DNA of 64,000 nucleotides from Scenedesmus sp. PABB004 (Eukaryota): positions 186,001-250,000 of the forward strand of contig JABVCE010000025.1 of NCBI GenBank assembly GCA_014905635.1, written 5' to 3'. How positions within the stretch are numbered: position 1 is the stretch's first letter; every line of letters starts with the position of its first letter. A program made the translations under genes and the position numbers. Positions 53,901 to 64,000 of this stretch are shown one piece after another. Below the pieces are notes generated by a model, which worked only from the letters and a program-made list of their open reading frames with translations, did not search any database and was not told where the DNA came from.

Positions 53901-54656
53901 GTCGCGGCCGCAGGCTGCACCCGGACAAGTACCGCACCATCCTGTGCGGCCACGGCGAGGCGTGCAGCCGCAACATCTGCTTCTTTGCGCACAGCCAGCA
54001 GGAGCTGCGCGCGCCGGCGGGCCGCGCCCGCGGCGAGCTCGACGCCGGCGGCGGCGGCGCGGCGGGCCCCGGCGGCGGCGCGTACGGCGGCGACGTCGCC
54101 GACGCCTTCTCGGCGCTCGGCCTGGGCCACGCCGGCGCCGGCAGCAGCGCCGCCGCGGCGGCAGGGCAGGTGTTGTACCTGCAGGACCCCGCGAGCGGCA
54201 TTGTGTACTCGACGACGCACCAGCAGGCCGCCGGCGGCGGGCGGCTGGCGGCGCCCGTCGCGCTGCAGCTGGTGCCGCAGGGCACGCAGCTCGGCCACGG
54301 GGGCCGCAGCCCGGGCAGCAGGTGCTCGTGCAGGTCGGCGGCGAGCACGGCCTGGCCGTGGCGGCGCCCGGCGCCATGATCGCGCCCGCTTACGACCCGC
54401 CCGGCTCGTACGAGCCCGGCGCGCTCGCCGCGCCGCACGGCGGCGGCCTGGGCGAGCAGGCGGCGATGCCGCCGCACGGCCACGCCGGCGGCGCGTGGGT
54501 TGGCCACGCCGGCGGCGCGTGGGCCGGCGGCGGCGGGCACGCCGGCGAGGGCGTCCGCTTCTTCACGCTGCCATTGGCCTCGATGTACGGCGGCGGGCAC
54601 GTGGTGCTCGGGCCGCAGGGCCTGCCGCACGCGGGCGCGCCGCCGCCGCCGCCCCC

Positions 54657-54697
<41 letters not shown>

Positions 54698-54963
54698 CGT
54701 ACGCTGCGGCGCAGCAGGGCGCGGCGTATGGGGGGCACTACATGCAGTTCGGGCAGCAGCAGCCAGCCATGATGATGCTGGGCCCCGGCGCCCCCGGCGG
54801 CGGCGGCGCGCCGCCAAGCCCTGGCGCCGGCGGCAGCGGAGGCGGCGGCGGCAGCGGCGCCGGCGGCGGCGGTGCGGGCGGGCCGTACCGGCTGCAGCCG
54901 CCGCGCGCGGAGCAGCAGCAGGGCGGCTTTGCGCACCCGCCGGCGTCCGGACCGCAGTGGTGA
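52903..54963 (+). CDS. CCCH tandem zinc-finger protein (RR-TZF/Unkempt-like), spliced; apparent frameshift at 54299-54303
   Basis: SDKFMMFTYKIKLC..HNWRLCPYAHP/GE..EYW/LHPDKYRTILC..CSRNICFFAHSQQELR; Q/G/P-rich tail. Confidence 0.88.
53857..53898. repeat. (CT)n microsatellite in intron
   Basis: Direct reading. Confidence 0.9.
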
Positions 54964-55462
54964 GGAAGCTGGGCCCTGAGGCTTGCCGTTTGTCCTCCTC
55001 CTCAAAACTCGCACACGCTTGCGACGGTTATTCTTTTTTGCCCGTGCGGCAGCGGCGGCGCGCGTGCTCGCGCCGGCGGCCGCCGGCCGCCGCCACGCCG
55101 CTGCCGCACGGCTCCACTGCCAACTCGCGGTCTGTGCGCGGCCTGGTTGCGGGGTCGGGCGTGGACGACTAGGGCTGTATTTGGCGCAGCGCCGCAACTT
55201 GGCGTGGCGTTCTGGGTCACTCGGAGTTGGTTTGCATGTTTGTTCACCTGCAGCGTGTGGCTGGTGGCCGCGCCCTGCTGACTGCCCCGCCTGCGCGCGC
55301 GCCGAGAGCCTCCCAGCACGCTTGCCTTGGATCAATGCCCCCGTCTGCATGGCATGCAAACACGGGGCAAGAGCACACAACCCTTGGAGCAGACCTGCAA
55401 TCGGGGCGTGCGCGCACGGGCATCTGTCCCGCGGCACGCGTGGGGCGTCGCCGCCGCGGCGA

Positions 55463-55642
55463 TCACGGTGACGGTGATGATGCTGATGCTGATGGTACGG
55501 TGATGACGACGATGAAGAAGACGGCGAGTACGACGATGCCGATGCATGCAGACGCTTGATGTTGGCATCCTGATGTGTGCGGAGGTCGCCCTAGCAGCTT
55601 GTCTCTCTTGACCAGCGCCGAGTTGTTGAGGCCGGCCGCCAT
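55463..55642 (-). CDS. Candidate 59-aa small protein with one TM segment
   Basis: GCCATGGCG context; MAAGLNNSALVKRDKLL..IGIVVLAVFFIVVITVPS; no recognisable family. Confidence 0.25.
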   Translation of the reverse strand: MAAGLNNSALVKRDKLLGRPPHTSGCQHQASACIGIVVLAVFFIVVITVPSASASSPSP

Positions 55643-56871
55643 GGCTGGGCCCCTCTCTTGCACGTGTGTGCGCCGCCGCCGGGTGAGCGCCGGGCGCGCG
55701 GCTGCGCAGCCGCGGCCGCGGAGGCGCCTGGTGCGGCGCCGCCGATGCGGGCGGCGGCGGCGAGCGATGCGATCTTGGCGTCACATGATCCTGGGCACGG
55801 GGAGTCGGAATCGCTTCACCATTGGCCAAGGCACACACCACACCCACGCGCACGCGCGCGCGCGCACGCACGCATGCATGCATGGACACAACGTCAGCAC
55901 AAACAACAACGCATGCTCGGTGGCGGGCGCCCCTGGACAGGCGGCGCGGGCGGGGGCGGGCGGGGTTGGGCGGCACGGCGAGGGGGCGCACGTGCTGCCC
56001 GCACGGTGCTGCACGCGACGCTGCTGCGCGCGCTCGTGCTGGCGGCGGCGGACGTGCCCGCGGACGTGGCCGGCGCGCTGCCGGCAGCCGGGCGATGCTG
56101 AACTTGCCGGCGCGGCGCGGGGGGTGGCTCCCCTCGCTCATCCGATGGCAAGGGGTCGTGGGGTGGGGTGGGGTGCTCACGTTCGTGTTGTTCGTGCGCA
56201 GGTCAATGCTCAAACACCCGCCGCGCGGCAATGCATGCACGCGGCGCTGCGCGGCGGCCGCCTCCACGCGTCCCGCGCGCGCAGAAATGCAAACGGCGAG
56301 GAGGCCACACTGATGCTTGCTTGCGCAGAACTCTCTCTCTCTCATTGCTTTCTCCCGGCGGGGGGAATTGCACTCTTGCGGCCGTGCACGCCGTCGATCA
56401 ACGGCTGGAAACCGGCGCGCGCGCCACGGCTGGAGTCTGTCCGTCTGTGTGCGTCTGTGGCCGCGCACCTGTGTGTGTGTGTGTCTGTGTCTGTGCTTAG
56501 CGTGTCTGCGCGTGCCGGTCGCGCCGTGCGTGCGTGCGGCACGCGCCGGCCTCAAGCGTTGTTCGACCGCCGCCCTCGGCGGCGCGGACCCTCGTGCCTG
56601 GCCTTGCCCGGCCTGGCTGGCCCTCGGGAGGCGGCCGGCGTCGCTGCTGCGGCTGCGCAGCCGCCCCGCCCTAGATTGATTGGCGCGCGCGACGACGCGC
56701 GCCATCCCTCTCGCGGGCGCGCGCCCCGCTGTTGACGTGTGAGGTGCCCGCCCTCTGCGGCGCTCGGTGCAGAGGCTGCTCTGCTCTCTGCTCTGCTGGC
56801 GGCGGCGGGCGGCCTCGCGTCCCTCGCAGGCGTTTAAACGCTTGCCCACAGCGCCCGCTCGGCTCACGCGC

Positions 56872-59129
56872 TCACGCGGCGGCGCCGAGCGCGGCGGCCG
56901 CGCCGTCGAGCAGGCACCGCTTCTCGACGCGGTACGCCACCGCCGCGAGCTTGCAGCCCCCCGCCAGCAGCGCGCGGCACGACTCCGCCTCGCCCCCGAG
57001 CTGCGCCGCTCGCGCCTCCAGCGCGCCCAGCTGCGCAGCAGCCACAGCCCGCGCCTCCGCCAGCGCGCCCCCGCTCCCAGCCGTCGCCGCCTCAGCAGAC
57101 GCCTGCTGCTCCTGCTCCTGCTCTGCCGCCGCCGCAAGCGCCGCCTCGGCCGTCGCGAGCGCTGTCCGTGCGGCGGCCACCTGCGCGCTCACGGCCTCGA
57201 GCTCGCGCTCGCAGCCCGGCAGCGCCGCCGCGGCCGCCAGCACCTGCTGGTCGCGCGGCAGGTCCACGCCCAGGCGCTCCACCTCGACTTCGACGGCCCG
57301 GGCGCACGCGGCGCGCGCCGGTCCGCTGAGCGCCGCAAAGCGGACGGTGCCGCCCTCACCGCCCTCACCGCCGCCGGCGCCGCCCGCGCCGCCCGCGCTG
57401 CCCCCGCCGCACGCCGCCTCGAGCGCCGCTGCCGCCGCCGGGTCGAGTCCGTCGCGGGTCAGCACGACCTGCGCGGCGGCCGGCGGCGCGGGCGCGGGCA
57501 GGCGCGTGCGGCCGCTGGGGTGCCGCACAACAGCTGGCATTGAGGAGCAGGCGCGCGCTCGCACCTCTGCCAGCGCCTGCTCCTGCGCGGCCGTCAGGCG
57601 CCCGGCCAAAACCTCCGGCAGGCAACGCACGAGGTACCTGCGGCGCCCGGCACGCGGCGCTTGGGCCTCCGGCGCTCGGCGCCCAGCGCGCCGCGCGGCC
57701 CCGCCGCCGGGCGCCCGTGCCCTCGGCGCGGCGCGCGCCGCGCCTGTCGTGCGGGTTGCGGGGCTCGACAAAGCCGTAGAGCAGCAGCAGCGCGTCGGAG
57801 GAGGAGGCGCCGTAGCTGATGCGCACCTCCTCCCCCGCCGCCCAGCGGCGCGCGGAGCGGATGACGAGCGCGCCCGCCCACAGGTCGAGCTCGCACTCCG
57901 ACCCCGCCGCCGAGCTGTGGTTGAACAGATCCAGCAGCGGCGCGAGCGCGTGCTGCTGCTCGCGCGCCGCCTGGCGCGTGAGCGCGAGCGCGAGCCCCCC
58001 GCCGCGGCGGCGCCCGCGAGCTCCAGCGCCGCCGCTGCGGCGAGCGCGCCGCCGAGCCACGCGGCCGCCGCGGCCGCGCTCGCGGCCGCGAAGAGCTTGG
58101 GCGCCGCCGACAGCGGCGCCGCGGCAAATGGCGCGGCGAACGTCCGCGAGCGCACGACGCTCAGCGCCCAGGTCAGCTGCTCGGGCGCCAGCCCCGCGGC
58201 GCGCAGGTACGGCGCGAGCTGCCGCCCGAGCGCGTCCCACTCCGCGCGCTGCGCCCTGACCTGGCGGGCGCGGCGGCGGGCGCGGCGGGCGGGCGGCGTC
58301 GCGCGTGCGGGCGGGCCGGCGGCGGCGCCTGGGCGCGCCGGCGGCGCCCGCGCTGTGAGCTGGGCGCGGCGCGCCTGCTCCATAAAGTAGGGGCAGCGCA
58401 GCTGCGCGACCTCGTCGTCGCTCCACAGGGCCGGCACGTCCACCGGCGCGCGCGGCAGCACCGCGACGTATTCGGCCCACGGCGACGAGCCGCCCCGCGC
58501 CACCTCGGCGAGCAGCACGAGCGCGAGCCGCGCCGGCCACGCGAGGCCCGCCCACTCGGCGGGCGGCACGCCCAGCGCCGGCGGCGCGCCCGGGTGCGTG
58601 CGCAGCGTCGCGCGCGCCGGCGCGCTCGCGACCGCCTCGCCCTGCGGCGGCGGCGGCGGCGGCGGCTCGCCGCCCGCCTGGGCGCGCCGGCGCCCGCGGC
58701 GCGCAGCGCACGGCAGCGGGGGCGGCTCGCCGCCCGCCTGGGCGCGCCGGCGCCCGCGGCGCGCCGGCGCCCGCGGCGCGCAGCGCACGGCAGCGGGGGC
58801 AGCTCGCCGCCCGCCTGCGCGCGCCGGCGCCCGCGGCGCGTAGCGCGCGGCAGCCGCCGGCGCACCGGGGCAATGTCAAAGGTCGCGACGATGCCGCGCC
58901 CGCCGCCGGGCAGCGCAGAGGGCTTGATCTTGGCGTACGCGACCCCGTTGGCGCAGCACCAGGGCACGATGCTCATTCCGTTGTCCGGCGCCGGCGCGGC
59001 GGGCGCAGCGCCGGGCGTGGGCGCCGCGGCGGGCGCAACGCTGGGCGCGGGCGCCGCGGCCGCACGCGCCCGGGCCGAGCGGCGCTGGCCGCCGCCGCTC
59101 GCGGGGCAGAGGCGGCGTGACTGCAGCAT
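56872..59129 (-). CDS. SET-domain lysine methyltransferase (Rubisco LSMT/SETD-like), plastid-targeted; apparent frameshift at 57995-58000
   Basis: GGRGIVAT, SPWAEYVAVLP, WALSVVRSRTF, LAPLLDLFNH, GEEVRISYG..LLLLYGFV. Confidence 0.88.
58660..58860. repeat. ~60-bp intronic tandem repeat (~3 copies) in SET gene intron 1
   Basis: ggctcgccgcccgcctgggcgcgccggcgcccgcggcgcg..cacggcagcggggg recurs. Confidence 0.8.
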
Positions 59130-59647
59130 GGCCAGTGCCAGCTGCACCGGGCCAATGGCCCTGCGCGGCAAGCGCGGCGCGGCGGCAGCGGGAGCGAGCG
59201 GGCAGCGGCCGGGGCGCGCGGAGGCCGTGTGCGCGCCAGTTGGGTTGGGGCGCTGCTGGACGGTCGATGACGAAAGCTAAGCACGGCGGGTCGCTGGGCG
59301 AGCCGCCGGCCGAGCGTTAGTCCGGTTTTGCGGCGCGCCGCCGCCGATGCGGGGGGGGGGGGGGGGGGGGGGTCACGCCACGGGCGTCCACCCCCATCGC
59401 GCCAACGCCCGTGCGCACGGCCTCTCCGCGCGCCGAGGCCGCAGCAGCTGGCAGCGCCAGCTCACTCCTGCTGCTGCCGTCGCGCGGGCAGCGCGCGCCG
59501 TGCTCGCGCCCGGCTCTGCTCTGCGCTGTGAAGGGTCACCGCGCCGGCCCTGCGCTCGGGGGCGACGAGCTAGCCAGGCCGCCTGTGGCGGCGTCGCCGC
59601 GGCCGCCGCCGCTGCTGCGCGAGGCGCCGCCGCGCGGGCGAGCAGCG

Positions 59648-61234
59648 ATGGCGGGCGGCAAGCAGCCGGCGGCGCCCAGCCGCGTGACGCCGCTGGAGCA
59701 CACCGCGATCGGCGCGGTCGGCGGCGTGATGGAGGTGTGCCTGATGCAGCCGATGGTCGCGTTCAAGAACGCCCTGCAGGAGGGCCGCCCGCTGCCGCGC
59801 ACGCCGCTCGCGATGTACCGCGGCCTCCTGGTGCGCCGCCGCCGCGCCGCCCCCGCCGCGCCGCCGCCGCACAGCCGGCGCGCGCCTGGCGGCGCGGGCG
59901 CGGGGCGGCGCGGCGCGCGCCAACCGCCGCCGCCGCCGCCGCTGGCGGTTGGCTGGCGCGCGCCGCGCAGATCAACTGCGGCAGCATCGCCCCGATCACG
60001 GCCAGCCAGTTTGGAACCAACCGCTTCATGGAGCGCCTCGTCTCGCAGCGCGCGGGCGGGCAGGAGCTCGGCAGCTGGGGGCGCTTCGGCTGCGCAGCGG
60101 TCGCGGGCGCGGTGTCGGCGCTCGTGGCGTCGCCGACCGAGCTCATCATCATCCAGCAGCAGGCGCGGCCGCGCGGCGGCGGCGCGCGGGCGGGCGGCCC
60201 GGCGGCCGCGGCGGCGGCGGCGCCGGCGGGACGCGCCGCGCGGCGGCCCGCGATCGCGCCCGCGCGCCCGCCGCTGCGCCTGCGCCGCCGCGCCTGCGCC
60301 GCCGCGCAGAAAAAGTGCACGCCGCTGCTGGCGGAGGTGCGGCACTTTGTGGCCACCTATCCGGCCAAGAGCGCGTTCCGGGGCCTGGTGAGGCCGCGGC
60401 GGCGGGCGCGGCGGCGCGGCGCCGGCGCCCGCGCGCAGCCGCGGCGCGGCGCGGCGGGCCCGCCACCGCCGCCGCCCCTCTGGGCCGCCCGCGCGCAGGG
60501 GCCGTGCATGGGGCGCGAGACGCTGTACGCGGCAGGCTACCTGGGGCTGTGCCCCATACTCTATGACAAGCTCAAGGACAGCGACGCACTCAAGGCGCGG
60601 CGCGGCGCGGCGGCGGCAGGAGGGGCGACGCGCGCGGCGCGGCGGCGCGGCGCGGCGCGGCCTGGCCTGAGGCCCGGCGGCAGCGCGCCCGGCGCAGCCC
60701 CGCGCCCGACGCGCGGCCGCTGCCGCGGGCGCCGCCGCCGCCGCAGGGCTCGCCCGCCGGCGCGATGGCGATCGCGGGCGTCGTGGGCGGCGTGTTTGCG
60801 GCGTGCGCGTCGCACCCGTTTGACACGATCAAGACGCGCATGCAGGCGGCGATGTACGGCAAGCCCGAGTACCTCACCTGGACCTCCACCGCGGCGACGA
60901 TCCTCGCCGAGGGCGGCGTCCTCAACTTCTGGCGCGGCCTGCTGCCCCGCATGACGCGCATCATCGGTGACGCCCGGGGTTAAGGGTTCGGGCGCGAGCC
61001 GCCCGCCGGCCGCCGCGCGGGGGCCCGCGCCGCGCGGCCCGTGTGCCACGCTCGCCCACACGCGCGCCGCCGCCGCCGCCGCCGCCGTGCGAAGCTGCGA
61101 CGTTCATCCTCATCAACGTGCGCTCCACCGTGGTGGGCCACCTGGAGGCGCAGCGCGCGCCGCCGGGCGAGGCGGCGCCCGCGGGCCGCGGCGGCGGCGA
61201 GGCGGAGGAGCTGCTGCCGGAGCTGTCGCAGTAG
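59648..61234 (+). CDS. Mitochondrial carrier family (SLC25) protein
   Basis: Three carrier repeats: QPMVAFKNALQ, SPTELIIIQQQ, HPFDTIKTRMQ..FWRGLLPR. Confidence 0.9.
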
Positions 61235-61429
61235 CTGGGGCGCGGCGGTTTGAATTCTTTGGCCCGCCGGCGGCCGCCCGGCCGCTCCGTGATCGCGGGC
61301 GCGGCGCCCACGCGGGCGGGGCGTTTACTGTGGGGGTAACGCGGCGCGCCGCGCCCCCGGCGCCCGGCAGCCGGCACGCGCCCCCGCCCGCAGCGGGCCA
61401 GGGCAGGCTGCCGCCGAGTGCCGCGTTGG

Positions 61430-62294
61430 TCAAAAGGCGAAGATCGCGGTGAATGCGTCCTGCAGCGCGCGCTGCGTCGCCAGCGCTGCGGGCGCGGCGG
61501 GCGCGGCGCGTGGGTGCGCGCGGCTCGCTGCCCGCGCGGCCGCCGCGCCCACCGCGCCGCACCCTGCGTCCAGCCGCTGGCCGCCGCCATCTGCCACCAC
61601 TGCTCGCGGCCCAGGGTGCCGGGGTTGACGGGCAGTAGCCGCCCCTCCGCGTCCTGCTGCACCTGCACCAGCGGCGCCGGCTGCAGCACGTTGCCCGCAG
61701 AGGGCGGGCTGCGCGGCGCGGCGCGGCGCGGGGCGCGACCGGCGGCGTCAGCGCGGCGCCGCGTCGCGCGGCACGCCGCCTGCTGCGGTGCCCCGCGGCG
61801 CACGCACACGTAAGCTGCAGCTGCTGGTGCAGCGCTGGCGCCGGCGGTGGCGGCCTGCGGCGGCGGGCAGGCGCGGCTCGGCGGGGGCGCCAGCGGCACG
61901 CGCCGGCGAGCGCGCGAGCCGCGCCCGTGCCCACCTCCTGGCGGATGTAGTCCTGAACCTGCTGCTCCACCTCCGCCACGTCTACGTTGTTGCTGAGCTT
62001 GTAGACTGCGCAGCAGCGGGCGGGCGCTGGGCGGCGCGCCGCAGCAGCAGCGGAGCAGCGGCGTGCGTTCGCGCGCCGCTCACTGATGTCCTCGACCGCC
62101 TCGAGGTAGTTGTCGAAGTCGCTCTTGGACTCAAAGTCGCCCCGCGTCTTGGTGTAGCTGCGCGGGGCGGGCGCCGCGGGATCACGCTGCAGGAGCAGCG
62201 GCGGCGGCGCGCGGCATCCCCCCTGGGCGCGCCGCGGCGCGCACATGCCCAGGATCCGGCGGCGATGCTGCAGCTCGCGGGTGACGTCCTCCAT
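61430..62294 (-). CDS. MAT1: CDK-activating kinase assembly factor MAT1 (plant-type, no N-terminal RING)
   Basis: RELQHRRRIL/YTKTRGDFESKSDFDNYLEAVEDI/VYKLSNNVDV; C-terminal AASGWTQ..RALQDAF. Confidence 0.8.
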
Positions 62295-63068
62295 GCCCGT
62301 CACGCCCCCTGACACCGGCGCTGCATGCCGGGGGCGGCGCTGCGGCAGCGGCGCGCGGCGCGGGCGGCAGGCGCGCGCGCTGCGGCAGGGAGCCTGCTGC
62401 GTGGGCGGCGGCGGCGGCGCTGGAGCTCCCTGCCTGCCAGCCTGCCTGCGGCGCTGTGCGGCGGTCGCGCCTGCCTCATGCACGGCGGCCGGGGCTCAGC
62501 ACTCGCAACGCCTCGCGCGACGGCACAGCACGGCCCGCCCGCAGGGCCAGCACGCGCTGCTTGCTTGACCAGTGCTGCATCCGCTGCGCGCGCCGAGCGC
62601 GCGGGGCCGGCCTGGTCGACACGCGCCCTGCCCGGCGGCGCTCGCCGGACGCCCTGGGCGTCCCTGCGGGCGCCTGCGCGCTCGGTGCAGGCGTCGGCGC
62701 GCCCGCGCAAACATCGCGTATCTGGCAGCGCCCTCGCGGCGCCCGCAGCGCCGCCGGCGCACGCGCGGCGCGGCCAAAGCGCCGCTGTGACGTGCGCGCG
62801 CGCGAAGCGGCGGCCGTCGCGCGGCGGCGGCGCGAGGGGCGGAGAGCGGCGTTCGCCTCGCGTTATGACACAAAAAATCCCTGCGCCGCGGCTGGGGCGC
62901 GCTGTTGCCCCCTGCCCCGCGCGGCGCGCGGCGCGCCCACAGCTCCGTCCGAGCGAGAGAGAGAGAGCGAGAGAGTCGACAGCCCCCATCCGCCGACCAC
63001 GCTCTGCTCCGAGCCTGCGGGGCCGCGGCGGGGGCGGTCATGCGCCCACCCCGCGCGGCCGCGCGCAC

Positions 63069-63144
63069 CCGAGTACGGCGACAGCGCCACCAGCAGCCGC
63101 AGCAGCAGCGCGCAGGCTATGCACAGCACGCTGGGCGCGTCCAT
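63069..63144 (-). pseudogene. Orphan first exon resembling the ALG6 N-terminus (MDAPSVLCIACALLLRLLVALSPYSG)
   Basis: LLxR..V.L.PYSG followed by a GTGCGC donor; the expected next motif GDYEAQRHW is absent downstream. Confidence 0.6.
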
Positions 63145-64000
63145 CGCGGGCGCGGCAGCAGCGGCGGCGCGCCGGCCGCGTGCGCGCCGGCCGCGGGCAG
63201 GCGGTGTGGTCGCCGCGGCGGGCGGGCAGCGGGTGTGGGGCTCGGGTCTCGAGCAGGGACTGAGGGACTGGGCCGACCGACCGAGTGAGCCGCACGTGGT
63301 TACGTTGACGCTCGCTGAACCCCGGGCCCAACGCCGGCGTGAGCGGCGAACACACGAGCGGAGGAGACAGAAATGCGCAACGGTGGTGGGTGGTGGTGCC
63401 GTCGGGGGCTGCCTTGATTGCTCCCCCCGCCCACGCGGCACGGCGCGCCGCCGGCGCGTGGCCGCCTGAGAGCGCGCCACGCCCCCGGCGCCGCGCCGCG
63501 CCCGTTCCTCGTCGCTGCGCTCACTGGGATGAAGCACATGTGGGGGGCACGCGCCGGCGCGCCTGGCTACCACCACGCCCGGCCCGCAGGACCGCCGGGC
63601 CGGGGACGCCGACACACGAGCGACGACGACAGACGACAGCGCGCAGGCGTCACGCCCGCAAACCTTTCCCCTCACCACCCCCCAACACCACCACAATACG
63701 CCAAGGCCCGAGGCGCCGGCCAGGGGCCGCCCTGCGAGCGCCGTCCACAGACAGACAGACAGCAACGGACGTCACCACCAACACCGTCACGCCCCCGGCA
63801 CGCGCCCCAGGTGCGGACACAGCAGCACACAGCAGCAGCAAATGGGGTGCCAGCCAGCCAGCACAGGTGCGCGCCGTCTCGAAACAGCTCTCCGCGCCGC
63901 CTCGCCTTTGGTACACGCTAGGGACGGCGCGCGCTGCAAGCCCTAGGCGTGCGCGGGGCCGCGCGCTCCCTCCTTGCCCGCCCGCCTGCACAAAAACAAA

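Overview
This is gene-dense nuclear DNA from a eukaryote with very high GC (~80% by eye) and many introns. It is most likely a chlorophycean green alga (Sphaeropleales-like; inferred from plastid-targeted LTD and starch phosphorylase, TGTAA poly(A) signals and CCCTAAA-type motifs). Most long ORFs in the six-frame track are GC-driven artefacts, so the real genes were rebuilt from spliced exons. About 23 genes are recognisable: ABHD14-like hydrolase, LTD, AP2/ERF factor, urea carboxylase, taxilin, PAS1-like FKBP, OXA1, TVP38, PDH E1-beta, RTRAF, FAM136A, a bromodomain protein, RPS13, mTERF-like, RNF4-like RING, starch phosphorylase, MCM2, KH protein, CCCH zinc finger, SET methyltransferase, mitochondrial carrier and MAT1. 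The most notable features are: (1) an ALG6-like gene present only as its first and last coding pieces, 12.6 kb apart, flanking five unrelated genes and next to a truncated DJ-1/PfpI gene; (2) a predicted three-way-junction RNA that buries a strong GTAAGG donor in the long last intron of RPS13, a candidate autoregulatory splicing element; (3) a 1.16-kb tandem duplication upstream of urea carboxylase, one copy carrying a 183-bp 5'-truncated LINE-like insert with an 8-bp target-site duplication; (4) at least 19 GC-AG introns; (5) telomere-like motifs in introns; (6) three single-G homopolymer frameshifts that are probably assembly errors. No rRNA, tRNA or CRISPR array was found.
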